A DNA stretch of 63,806 bases, counting the filler, from Intoshia linei (taxonomy: Eukaryota > Animalia > Orthonectida), in the NCBI GenBank assembly GCA_001642005.1. It is 6 parts of 6 records of this genome, joined end to end, with 100 filler letters (N's around TTAATTAATTAA, not from the genome) between each part and the next. Parts side by side here need not be neighbours in the genome. Positions count along the whole stretch, not along the records: positions 50,692 to 53,725 come from LWCA01002160.1; positions 53,826 to 63,806 come from LWCA01001326.1; 4 more parts are not named here. One strand, 5' to 3'. Below are positions 51,534-63,806 of the stretch, in pieces; the stretch's first letter is position 1, and the number at the start of each line of letters is the position of its first letter. Under the pieces are notes generated by a model. It did no database searches. It was not told the DNA's origin and saw only the letters and a program-made list of their open reading frames with translations. The position numbers were made by a program, and so were the translations under genes.

Positions 51534-53674
51534 CTTTTGATATCAGAACCATTTGATGTTGAATCAGTATTAAAATCTAGTCGGCATTTTTCAAAATTTT
51601 TCTGAAAATATATAATTCATTAAGATCATACAATTATATTACATATTGTAGTACAGTCCGATCCCGGTTTTTGGTGAACCTGGCAGCGGGCACCCTCGCT
51701 TTTGGGGGCACTTTTTCAATATCGTGTTAGTTTTATAATATTTCGTACTATTTCCTATAAATTAGTGTCAAATAAACCTTGTTTTGGGGCACTTATATTT
51801 TTACAAAAATTAAATTATGATACAATATAAAAACAGCTAAATTATAAGATTTTTAGGTAAAAACATTAAGATTAAAATTAAAAATTAAATTAAGATAAAA
51901 AGTTATCTGAACGAAAACTATGTGTAATGTATGCAACGAGTAAAGGAACAATATCTCGAATAAAAAAGGAAATTGGGCCATTTTTGAGTAATCAAGAGAT
52001 AAAAGTTAATTTTGATGAAGCAATACCGTAAACAAGCGGACCTAACTATTTTGTTCTTTTTCTTTTGAACATAATTGAAGATTTTTTTTACCAAATTCTA
52101 TTAAGTTAAGAATATTATTTATTTAAGTTAATTCAATGTACAACGCTTTGAACCGCAACATTTTAAGAGTATTATTATTTATATTTTTATTGCAAAATTT
52201 ATTTAAATCTTTGTTTAAATATTTCGTGAGAATGCATTTATCAAATTCACTTATCGTGTTAACACATCACGAACACAGTTAATCAGATTCAATTAGTTAA
52301 TAAAAAATTTAGTAATAATGTAAAACATGTAACTATGTCTTTGTATGAGTAAATATTTCAGAATAGTAAAATTATTAATTAAAATATCACGTTTTTTATC
52401 TTCAATGATAAAAATATGCATATCGTTAGAATCGGTTCGTAATTTAAGGTGTTGTCACTAAATATTATTGTTGATATGAAAAATCAGTAAGCCACTTACT
52501 ATATCAGCAAAAATCGACCCATCATATCATGTAATCGTCCAATTATTTATTTACACCCAATACTACAATAATTAAAGTTTTAAAATACCCAAATGGAAAT
52601 TTCATTGTACAAGTCTTCTGCTGATGGTCTCTTGGACAGAGCAATATTAAACATTTTACTAATCAGTTTACGAAGAGGTAATGAATATTTTTTTGTTATA
52701 GATTTATACGAACACTAAATCATTATAGTTATAATTTAATTTTACGTACATTCACAATTTTGTTCACTAATGCTGGAATATTAGTTGCATCAAATGTTTT
52801 TTTGCGACAACACATTTCATATAATAGACACCCAAGTGACCATATATCTGATTTTTCATTATAATCTTTTCCTTCACACTGATTAACAAATTATTATAAT
52901 ATAGGTTTTTATAATTACAATTTCCGGACTTATGTAATAAGGTGTTCCTAAAAAACATAACACTATACATTATTTTTTATACCTAAAACAGTGCTGGCCA
53001 TGCATTTTGTAGATAAAATTTTAGAAATTCCTAAAAATAATTAACGTATATATTATACTGAAACCAAAGTCCCCTAATTTTAATAATCCGCATTTAAATC
53101 GAAAAACATTCTGCGTTTTTATGTCTCTATCAATAAATAAATCTTAAACAATTATGTTTCACCTATGAATAATGGCTCTTTGATGAATATATTTAACGGC
53201 CGATAGTATTTGAAAAAACATTGAAAGTACGACTTTTTCAGAAAGAAGTGAATTATTTTTTGAAAGATATTCCCCCAGATTTCTAAACTTTTATAAATCA
53301 ATATGTTCGAATTTACCCATCATTAGCAAATTCCATTTCTATCATAATGTAATTTCCTTTTTCATAACTATCCAAATACGATATAATATTTTTGTGTGAT
53401 AGCATTGATAGAATTTTTATCTATTGTATACATAAAAATGTTTCAGTTTGATAAATTTTACTTCATTCACAGTATTATGTCTTTCATCTGGAGATAGATC
53501 AGTTATCAAAATTTTCTTTATTATAAACAGAGCATCATCATAAATACGTTTATATAGAATAGCTCGACCGTATGCACCTAATTTATTAGAAAACATACTT
53601 AACTACATACCCTTCCCCACAGTTTTTATTTTTTCAAAAATATTGTCATCACTTTCATGTGCAGCAGATGTCAT
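51534..53674 (-). CDS. NIMA-related kinase, NEK8/NEK9-like, many tiny introns (3' end uncertain)
   Basis: FEKIKTVGKGAYGRAILY; FIIKKI; TVNE|IKILSMLSHKNII; MEFANDGNL; IIHRDIKTQNVF; KLGDFGISKIL; TVLGTPYYISPEI|CEGKDYNEKSDIWSLGCLLYEM..KKTFDATNIPAL. Confidence 0.92.
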
Positions 53675-53725
53675 AGTATACAAATTGTATTATGTTTATC
53701 TAGGTTAAATTACCTCAAACATATT

Positions 53726-53825
53726 NNNNNNNNNNNNNNNNNNNNNNNNNNNNNNNNNNNNNNNNNNNNTTAATTAATTAANNNNNNNNNNNNNNNNNNN
53801 NNNNNNNNNNNNNNNNNNNNNNNNN
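53726..53825. other. Artificial contig spacer
   Basis: 44 N + TTAATTAATTAA + 44 N. Confidence 0.97.
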
Positions 53826-54137
53826 GACCTAAAATTTAGGTCCAGAGTAAACTTTCTTAATGTCGAAGTAAATTTTGTGTGGCCGTAGTATCAATGAGAA
53901 AAGTAGCATTGAGGCTGAATTGGTGGAAAGGTTGTGCACCCCTGGTATATACTTTAACTAATACTTAATAAGTAATACTTATGTGTGTACTTTAAATAAA
54001 TAAGGATTCTCCCATCATCTTTCCCTTATACAATGTACATTTATCATGTCATGATAAAATATTTCTTAACCATTGTTAAATTCGTAGCGTAAAAACTTTT
54101 TCACTCATTGAAATGGCATTATATTTGAATAAAAACC

Positions 54138-56047
54138 TCATATGATATTTTGTAAAGATTCATTAAAAATCCTAAAACAAAAATAGCACTTCTTCCGACC
54201 CCATTATCCGAAAAAATTAATATTCTGTGAAATTGTCGTAAATGTATTTCTAAAATAATTGAAATAATAATATTTTCAATTTTTATAATTATTCTACCTA
54301 TAAAATTGTTACACGTTTCAATTTTCGAATAAATATCTTCATCACTATCGCTTATATTCAATTGTAACAAATTTTCAGATTCACTGATACTATAAATAAT
54401 TGATAATAATCAATAATATAGCAAAATAATGTTCTATTTAATAAGCTTGACACGGGGTGGACAACCTGTCGCCGTGAGTACATGATCATAATGCAATATA
54501 TCAATTTACTTCAAATTGAAAAGTTAAAATCAGATTTTATTCAAGTGAAATTTAAAATATTTTAATCAAAAATATAAATTTTTGACTTTACCCCAGTTTC
54601 TCAAATTGGATTAAAATTTGTATTTGTGGAAAGGTTGTGCACCCCTGGGCTATACATAATACCTCCATTTTTCAAATAGTTGTAGTAAACAATGTACATT
54701 ATATAATGAATTAATTATGTAGTAAATAAATGGCAAAATTTTACTTTATTATATTTTAAATCATACTATGATCCGATTTTATTTGTACAATTAACGTGAA
54801 CATTGATTCTGAGATTTTTTTGTACATAAGTTGCTGTTGCTTGTTCGAAATTCCCAATGTATAGAGAATTTGGTATAATTTCATAGGGATAAGATGGTAT
54901 TTCAGATAATTCCTACAATTGAATAAAAATGCATCCATAATTTTTTTTCAATTATAAATGTTAAATTACACAAAGTGTATAAATCATTTTGGTTGTCCGC
55001 ATAAATGGAAACCTCGCCGAAAATTCTTCGTATCCACCTATAACAATAAACAACATTAGCTAAAAAATTAGGTAAAAAATGCCTTTTAATATTTGAATGG
55101 ATGAATTTGAATTTGCATTCCATAAAAATAATGCAATCTCATATATTTTGCTACCTAAAATGAATATACAATTTTAAATGTGCATTTGATTATCAGTTCT
55201 TATCAACTGGTCAATCACCAGTGGTCAATCAACGCATGGTAGTTCGAAATTGTAAGATTTTTTCAATTGACTAACTATCACCGCAAATGGTGAACCTTAG
55301 TTTATATTTTCATTGTTTTAATAAAAAATGACTTAATTTTAAATAACACCTTTAAAAAGTTTGAGTAAATTCCAATTTTTTATTTAATAATTATTAATTA
55401 TAATTCAAGTGTATTTTAAAATTTAAATTTACCCTTGGATAACATAATGTCCTCACAATTGTTGTCATAAATAATAATATTTGGTATTATTTCAATCCTT
55501 TTCCCGTATGGAATCAACAATTCATCGTCATTCTTTAAAAAATAAATTATCCTTAGATATTAAATTAAATAGCATTACATACTAATTATTAAAACAAGTA
55601 TATTAGTTAGCAATACCTGTTTACAACAAAAATTTTGAAAAAATTCAAAATAATATCTTACCGATTTCATGTGTATCGAATTTATAATGTGACCTTCTTC
55701 ATATTCTGAAAATGATCGGCAATCTACATTAAAAATTAACTTTATCAGTAATTAAAGTAATATTATATATTATTTTAATGCAAATTTGATGTTTTATCAT
55801 ATTACCATTTAAATTTTAAATCAGTTTTATTAATATTTTTTATATAAACAATTTTATTCATAAATATGTATCATAATTATTATAATTAGCTATTAACAAT
55901 ATTTAACGTTTAGTATTTAATCAAGTTTAATTTTTTACCTATTATGAGGATTTCATTCGGACAATAAAAATATTTACAAAAATAATTAAATTTATTGTAT
56001 AATTCGTTACAATCAATCATTCGAGTTGGTTTAGGATTTACCACCAT
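54138..56047 (-). CDS. STYXL1: MK-STYX / serine-threonine-tyrosine-interacting-like 1 pseudophosphatase (rhodanese + DSP domain); 3' end unresolved
   Basis: IDCNELYNKFN..ILII|DCRSFSEYEEGHIINS; IIIYDNN; GGYEEFSARFPFMRTTKMIYT; SYPYEIIPNSLYIGNFEQA..VQKNLRINVHVNC; P-loop ILIFSDNGVGRSA (FS in place of HC). Confidence 0.9.
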
Positions 56048-57414
56048 TTTGATAATTAATTAATGTTTTTCTTTACCTGGCAACTTTTATTTCGTATATT
56101 TAAAAAATATGATTCAAATAATTGTAAAAATAATTTATTTAAGTACAATTGAATTTAATATTTTTAATTTTTATCCAAAAAATCCACCGCGTTTTGACGT
56201 TTAAATTTTTCTTTTTGATTTCTCAGTATGTAAAAAAACCTAACTTATATAAAACTCTTTGTATGTCTGTCTGTTATCGTTTATTTTCATAACTAAGGGT
56301 TTAAGAGTTAGCTTAGAGTCTGTTAGGACTCATTTGATTTTCAAAAAAAAAATAATTAAAATTTTTGACCGATAAGATGTAAGTTTCTGAGATTAAAATT
56401 CATCTGAATTTCACCGCCGGAAACAACTGTAATAGAAATGTAAAATTTTTAAAACTCTAAAACTCTTAGTTATTGAAATTAACCAGAGGTGGAAAAAATC
56501 TGCCCTTATTGACGATTTGGTGCAGCCTTCTGAACAATGGAATTATTTTTCATTTAAAATTATTTTATTTACAATATTATTTTTAATATTATATTGATAT
56601 AAGCGGTTTTTTTCATTAATGGTTGGTAAAATTAATATTTTTCTTTTGGGATAAGATAGAGGGATTTTTTCCTTAAGGGCTGGTAAAATTTTGGTTTTTT
56701 CTCGTAAGATTTTACTAAATTGAATAAAATATGCTAAAAATTTATTATTCATCTTTAATAAAATTATTTAACACTTGGGGTGACCAGTCACCCCCATGAG
56801 AAGCACTGCTGTATTTGATTAAATTTTATTTGGAAAGATGCGGCCTTATTAAATTTTTTTGGAACATTAGTTCGGCATTCGAATAGTAAATGCTTTCCTA
56901 CCTCTGAAATGAACAATAACAGACAGACAAAGAGTTTTATATAAGTTAAGAATCCTATTTTCGAGAATATTGTTTTATCGCAAATTTCATTTTCAGAAAT
57001 TGAATCCTTCAAGGTCAAAAACCCCAATTGTCCTTTTTTTTAAATTCAAACCCATCCTAGAATTATAAAAATATACAGTCTGATTAAAAGTTTAAAATAA
57101 TCAACATTATGATTATTTTGATTTTCAAAATCTAATATCTTTACGAACAAAAACCCATTACTTATTTTTGTAAAAATGAAAAAAATCTTAGAATTTTATA
57201 CAACTTATATTTTGGTATACTTAAGAAATTCTCCAACATTACCTATTAATAAATTTAAACAGTAGGTTCGGCGATATGGCCCCTAGCCATCTCTCCACTG
57301 CCCTGAATATAAGATAATACGTGTATAACAAAAAAAATTTAAAGTGGAATATTTTTATGACGCTGCGGTAAAAAAAGTTAGGAATTTCTACATATCAATA
57401 CATTAATACACATA

Positions 57415-57623
57415 CAGTATAACCTCCGTTATTCGCTCAAAATTTCTGATGAAAATCATATAAATATCAAATTTTATATGTAATAAATTAAACTTTTTTA
57501 TTTTAAAACCGTTTCATATAACTGCATCTAATTAACAAGTAAATAATTATGTGATTAAATAATTTCCGTTATTCGCCCGATATTTCTAATCTCCATTTTG
57601 GGCAAATAACGGAGGTTATACTG
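57415..57623. mobile_element. pogo/Tigger-type MITE (209 bp)
   Basis: TIRs CAGTATAACCTCCGTTATT / AATAACGGAGGTTATACTG with TA TSD. Confidence 0.9.
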
Positions 57624-57690
57624 TATACTCAGTATATTATACTGTTTACAATGTAAACTTTACATAACAAGCAGTTTACAGTTTTTTTAA

Positions 57691-59396
57691 CTAGCTTGGC
57701 TGTTTTGTACTACGTACAAACAGTACCTAGCTCTGCCGAGGGCAACTATTTTATTATACCAAAAAAATAAATTCACATTAAAAATCTAACTTAAAATCCT
57801 ACTATTAACTATTATCAATCCTTTAAAGGAGTGGTTCCCAAATTTGTTTCAGATGGAACCGTCATATCACATTACTTTTTACTTTAAAGTGAATTATTCA
57901 ATCTTAATTTTGTTTTATTAACATTTGCGTATTGAATTTTGAAAACAATTATTATCCCATTTTTTTAATTTATTAGACAGAATGTGTGTATAATATTAAA
58001 AATAAAGTAAAAACAGTCCAATCCTAAAAATTGTCATAAATAGCATAAATTCCAAAAAAATAAAATTAGTCCAATACTAAAAATTGTCATAAAGGTGTGA
58101 GTTTTGGAAATTGAAATTTATATTATTATATGTTAAAATTATCATAAATAGCATAATTTCCAGCAAAATAAAATTATAAAAACCTATTTTGTCATTTTCA
58201 ATGTGATATACAAATGTATATTCAGTACCAATTTAATAAATACTTAAAAATACTAATTGTGTATCAATAATTAATTGAATCTTCACTTTATAAATATTTC
58301 AGTCGAATTTTACCATTATTGCAAAGAGTTGTAATAAAAAAATGATTGATGTTAATAATGTGTCCATACTTTTGGCCTTTTTTCTTGTTTTATAAAAAAA
58401 TTGGATTGTCTACTAAAAATTTTCCTAAATGTAAATCAGAAATGAATACAGTATGATAATTAATTAAAAAAAATTAAAAAAACAATTGTTGTCTAACATT
58501 TCGGATATCATGTTGTTTTTGATACTCATTGAGACGTCTCATCTTCTTAATTTTGGCGTTTTTTCTTGTGAATGTTGCTTATCTTTTTGTCATTTTATTT
58601 CAAATTTCCATGTATAAAAAAATAACGTTTTCAGTTAATATAAATTTAATTTTTTATTACGTTGCTGTAGTGTCATAAATTAATTAAATTTTACAAAATA
58701 TTTTGAAAATGAAAATTTGAAATTTAAAAATTGCGTAGCAATGAAAAAAATTCCAAAAGAATGAATTATGTAGATTTTCACACATATGTAGACGTACAAT
58801 CCACATTTTTTTGGAAATTGTAGGATCAATATTTACATTTTCAATTTTTATATTAATCGAATATTTGAAAAATATTGGTTAATAATATATTAAAAATTAT
58901 TTTTCAACGGGAATGCGTAGATTTCTGGTGTTGAAATTTTGTATTTATATCAACTGGAATAAGCTCTATCAGAATAATCCTTTTTTAATTTTCGGACCGT
59001 TAATTATTTTATGTTTTAATAAAATATTTCGGAAAAAAAATATATGAATACTAAAATGCTTTTTTGACGGTGAAGTCGTCACTTATTCGGATTGAAATTT
59101 TTTGTGTGTGTTAACAGGATACAACTCTACCACCTGTAAATTATTTGAAATTCTAGGGCTGTTTAAAAAAAAAAAGGAAGGGAATTTGTGGTTTTGGCCA
59201 TGAAGGTATAATTTTTTTAAATTTTAATTTATGATAATGTTGATGATTTTGAAATGTGCATCAGCGTATATATTTTTTTAAATTCTCCAACTCGTTTAAT
59301 TTTCAAAAAGAGGGACAACAGGGGTTTTTGATTATTAATATGTGAAATTGGGAGGTTGAAATTTATGTTATTATACGCCACGGAAAAAACTGTAAT
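57691..59396 (-). mobile_element. Helitron-family copy with intact 3' end, 5'-truncated, with extra internal sequence
   Basis: Same hairpin + CTAG|T terminus as 27653 at 57691; 58740-59396 colinear with 28250-28885. Confidence 0.8.
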
Positions 59397-59861
59397 TATA
59401 CGCTTACCAGTAATTATTTAACGATATTAAAAATCTAGTATCTACTATGATGAATAATGATCGAAAAATCCTCGGTTTAAGGCCCTTTTTATATTTAAAA
59501 AAAAAGAAGAATAGATAATTGAAGTTTGGATCATGGAGATGTAAGTTTCTGTGACTGAAATTGACTAAAATGTTAATGATTTTAAAGCACGTTGCAGAAT
59601 TTTTGTTTTTTTAAATTTTAGGCGTGATTATATTTTTTCAAAAAAGTATGGATTGTGTTTTAGATCCTGAATGACGCAATTTCTTAAAACGAAACTTTAA
59701 ACTTGCATTAAAATATCAATCTCAATAAACTAATTAGAAATTATGGTTTGTTAAATGCTATAACTGTTAGATAAAGATTTTTTAAATAAACGTTAACACA
59801 GACATTCAATTTTATAAGAATAATGTAAAAAAATAATAAACTTAACTTAAATGTAGAAAGA

Positions 59862-61246
59862 ATGAGATTTTTGTCTAGAACTGCAAATAAAATTGTGACA
59901 GTGAATAAATTACACAAAAATATAAAGTATCAAATTAAATCTACAGGTCCCATTGCTGTCAATGATTTTATGAGACAATGTTCAATTAATGCACATCATG
60001 TAAGTTTTTATTTGTCGAATTCGTTTTAATTTTAAGTTATAAACTGTTAATGTATGTAAGTTACATATTAATTACACATTACAACATAATATAGCTACAT
60101 ATAAAATGTTCTAATTACGATTATTGGTTATAGATAAAGAATAAAAAATAAAAAATAAAAAATCTTACTTTTACAAACGTTTATAGATAGTGTTAACACC
60201 ATCTGTGATATATACTTCAAATGTTGTAAATAATAGGAATATATAAATATTTCTAACAAATTTCACCACACAGATAGTGTTAATTTCGTTAAAATATTTA
60301 CATTATGCTATTATTCTTTCAATATTTACCGTGTAATTTTTAGGGATATTATACCAACCTAAAAGAATTGGGGACATGTGGAGACTTTACTACAGCGCCA
60401 GAAGTTTCACCTATATTTTCTCAAGTTTAACAATCTTTTATGTTTTTTAGAAATTTTTAAATTAGATTTTAGCTTTATGGGCCGTTAATGAGTGGATTTG
60501 TCTTGGAAAACCGAAAAACATTTCTTTGGTAGAATTAGGTCCTGGATCAGGTCAAATGATGAATGATGTACTGAAGGTATTTATTATAAATATTGTGTTT
60601 ACATTTAATTTAAATTTTGTACGTAAAATTTGCATTTATTTGTTTGGACACACAACCCTTACTCATGTAAATAATTTAGCTAAAAATTTATGTCTATTCC
60701 AGTTTATTTAAGAAAGTAAAAACGTAATTTTAAAAAACAATTTCTAATATTTTTCGAGATAGTTTATTGTAAATTTTAGTTTCAGAATATAAATAGTGTA
60801 TTTCATGATTAAAAAGCCAAACTAAACTTTTTTCAAAAATAAAAATATGATTATGAAAATATAGTACCTAATTAGATTTTCAATAAATTCTCTGAATTAA
60901 AGAATGTTTTGTCTATAAATATGATCGAAAACAGTGAAAATTTAGAAAAAGTTCAAAGAAAAAAGCTCATGTTATTACAAAATATTAATGGCGCCTTCAA
61001 GGTGAATTGGCACAAATCTATTGAAACTATTCCAAAATCACCGACAATTTTTATCGCAAATGAATTTTTTGATGCATTACCTATTCATCAATTTTATGTA
61101 ATTTTATTCATTAAATATTTTTAGATGGTTTTTTTAGAAAAAAGCATCTGGATGGCATGAAATTTTTATTGATTATGACGATGATTTTGATAATTTTTCC
61201 ATAAAATTAAATCCAAATGTAACTCCGGCATTGTCTATATATAAGG
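59862..61246 (+). CDS. NDUFAF7: Protein arginine methyltransferase NDUFAF7 (MidA), mitochondrial, 5' part
   Basis: MRFLSRTA.. presequence; IKSTGPIAVNDFMRQC|GYY..LGTCGDFTTAPEVSPIF|LVELGPGSGQMMNDVL; IFIANEFFDALPIHQF|GWHEIFID; continues beyond the last resolvable exon. Confidence 0.95.
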
Positions 61247-62316
61247 TAATATTAAGTTTTGTGTGCACTGCACACTGTGCAGTTATTTGGTGTTGAAAAA
61301 AAATCTCAATCGTTTTTTTAAAATACATTCTCATTAACGGAATTTTTTATAACTAATGTATACCTTAAAACAGTGGTTCCTAGTTGGGGTCTAAAATTAT
61401 ATATCTGGGTCTGTGAGATTCAAATAAAATATATAAAATTTTTGATCATCTTTAATTTACATTGTATTTTTATAAGAGAATTTTTAATATTTATTACAGA
61501 GCTTCTAGATGGTGATTATCCCAAAGCCTAGACGACCGCTACATTATTATTTCAAAAATCCTACTTTTATCCCACCATTAATAAAATTTAATAAAACATA
61601 CCATTTCAAGCACTCACGTAAAAATTGACTTTTATCAATATTTTTTTGAAAAATCTGATTTTATGAAACCTTATGAAAAAAATCCAATTAATCAAACCAC
61701 AAAATAAAAAAATCCAATTTTACCAACCCTCAATAAAAAAATCTAGTTTTTCCAATATTTTTTTGGAAAAACACGAAAAACCCTTAACAAATCTTATGAG
61801 AAAAACCTCTTATTACAACCCTAAAATAAAACTCCAATATTACCAACGCTTAAGAGAAATATACTCTTTTTCCAATATTATTTTGAAAAATCAGATTTTA
61901 CTAAATCTTATCAGCAACAACTTCTTAACCCATTAACGGCCAAAACCAAATTAGACATGATAAGTAAAAAATAATCTATAAATATTTCATATAATATTAC
62001 CTTAAGATATAAACTGATAAAACAAAAAAAACACGAAGGAAATATAAAGATGTTCGTTAAAACGAACATTGGCCTATTAACTGAAAAATTATACTGTATT
62101 GGCCATATAATTATAATAATTTATAAAAAATTGTAAATATGGTTATATCTTTTGTTATTTTAACATTAGATTATAATTTAGAGCAAATGTAGAAAGCTGA
62201 ATTTTCATTAATTTAGAAAATGCATTGTTAAGCATTAAAACATTAATCCAACAAATAATTAATACTAATTTAAATGCGCATCTAAAATATTGCGTATTTA
62301 GATTAACACTATAGAA

Positions 62317-62937
62317 CAGTGCTTACCAACCGGTGTGTCGCCAATTATCTCCAGATGTGTCGTCAAACTTTTTAAAATTTGTGTGACCAAATAAAATTTT
62401 GACATAACTAAAATAGCGTTATTTCTCACTAAATTTGATTAAATTTATCACCAAAATGATTATTTTACAGTCAAAATTAATAAATAAAACATTAAATTAA
62501 TCATCAAATACACAATTTCATATCGTTCACGCATATTTTTGAAATAATGAAAAAATAATTTAAATCTTGTTTATATAAATGTGATTTTATGTTATATATA
62601 AAGATATTAAAAGCTTATGTTCATTCAAACAATCACAAATCTCTCATTAATTTTGTAATTTATTAGATATAAACATTTATATATTATACATGTATTTGAA
62701 ATGATCTCATTATTTTTGTGTTTGTTCACTTTTATTCACACTTAATTTTTATTATTACTTTCTTTTTTCTTCTTATTTTTAATCTATAGTGGAGCAATAA
62801 TTTTATATTTATTTTGAGATTATTATTAGAAAAAATTTCGTTTTAACGAAAGAATAGAATATTTTTAGATTAGTGTGTCGCAAAAAGTTTTCAGATTGAA
62901 ATGTGTGTCGCCAACCAAAATGGCTTGGAGAGCACTG
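62317..62937. mobile_element. hAT MITE, inverted copy of the 16405-16859 family
   Basis: TIRs CAGTGCT / AGCACTG; TSD CTATAGAA / CTATAGAG; long reverse-complement identity to 16405-16859 plus an extra ~150-bp segment. Confidence 0.9.
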
Positions 62938-63062
62938 CTATAGAGAGACAAAAATATGAACTTCTCTTTGTTGTTTACGTAATCGGTGCTAATATCGTTT
63001 TAATATAAATTCTATCATTGGTATAGTTCTGCATGTTTATTTTTGAAATTTCTTTATCTGTT

Positions 63063-63806
63063 ATGGGAAAAAACAGGCCATTTCTTCTGAAAAAAATCTA
63101 TTATAATTGATTTAATTGAAATACTAATTGGAGTCAAAAAAAATTTCTGATAGAATTGGTGTATCGCAATCATGTATTTTTGCTAAAAAAAGTAACTCAA
63201 AAACAGACGAATTGAATGTATCCAAAAGGAAAAACTGCGGCAGGAAAAATGGGACAGATGAAAGAACTGATAGAATTATTATTAGAACCGCACTGGAAAA
63301 CAGAAATTTCAGATACAATGAAATCGTATCTAAACTTAAAACCAAAAATATTAATTTGTCAAGAAGAACAGTGAACCGTAGACTTGTAGATGCAGAATAC
63401 AAATCTTTCAAAAAAATTTGAAAACCCTCAATTTTTTACACGAATGAAAAAATCAAGTATGGAATGAGCAAAGACAAACTGTAAAATTTCCAGCGAAAGT
63501 GATGGTCTGGGGTGCTATATCCGTAAAAGGTATGAGCAAATTGCAGATAATTGAAGGAACAATGGACCAAAAAGTGTACACGAATGTGATGGAATTATTC
63601 CTAAATGAAATTCCCTATTTGTTTGACAATACTGACTACACATTTCAACAAGATTCTGCACCATTTCACAAAGCAAAGTCTATAATGACGTTTTTTGAAA
63701 ATAAGGGTATTACTCTGTTGAAATGACCAGGAAATTCTCCTGATATGAACCAAATTGAAAATATTTGGTCAATTCTGAAGGATGAAGTTCATAAAGTAGA
63801 AATTAA
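63063..63806 (+). mobile_element. Tc1-like (DD34E) transposase pseudogene, cut by window end
   Basis: HTH region (CGRKNGTDERTDRIIIR; LSRRTVNRRL), VMVWGAIS, FQQDSAPFHKAK, *PGNSPDMNQIENIW; frameshifts, a deletion and a W-to-TGA stop. Confidence 0.92.

Noticed and set aside
30893-56047. CCT7, NEK8/9-like and STYXL1 as a ciliary gene cluster
   Set aside because: They are on different contigs separated by artificial spacers; adjacency is unsupported.
63724-63726. TGA at a conserved Trp suggesting an alternative genetic code
   Set aside because: Occurs in a frameshifted dead transposase; host genes use TGG for Trp and SLC44 uses TGA as stop.

Overview
AT-rich eukaryotic (metazoan) genomic DNA with many tiny GT-AG introns (~30-50 nt), so the ORF track shows only exon fragments. 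The architecture resembles highly compacted invertebrate genomes such as the orthonectid Intoshia; this is an inference, not verified. The window is six contigs joined by artificial 100-nt spacers (44 N + TTAATTAATTAA + 44 N). Spliced genes reconstructed by hand: a C-terminal dsRBD gene, ERM-family protein, PAK kinase, TMED2, SLC44/CTL choline transporter, a Shisa-like membrane protein, the 3' part of RGS12/14/loco, MMAA, the 5' part of CCT7, a complete PIWI with an intact catalytic tetrad, FHIT, a Sin3-like 5' part, a NEK8/9-like kinase, the STYXL1 pseudophosphatase and the 5' part of NDUFAF7. Long introns and intergenic DNA hold DNA-transposon debris: a multicopy non-autonomous Helitron family, hAT MITEs with 8-bp TSDs, and pogo/Tigger, Tc1/mariner, MULE-like and Chapaev-like remnants, some nested. 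The most notable signals are a 7-nt microexon needed to build the PAK activation loop, an operon-like same-strand gene run, convergent genes 23 nt apart, and the RGG-rich PIWI. No prokaryotic systems or CRISPR arrays were seen.
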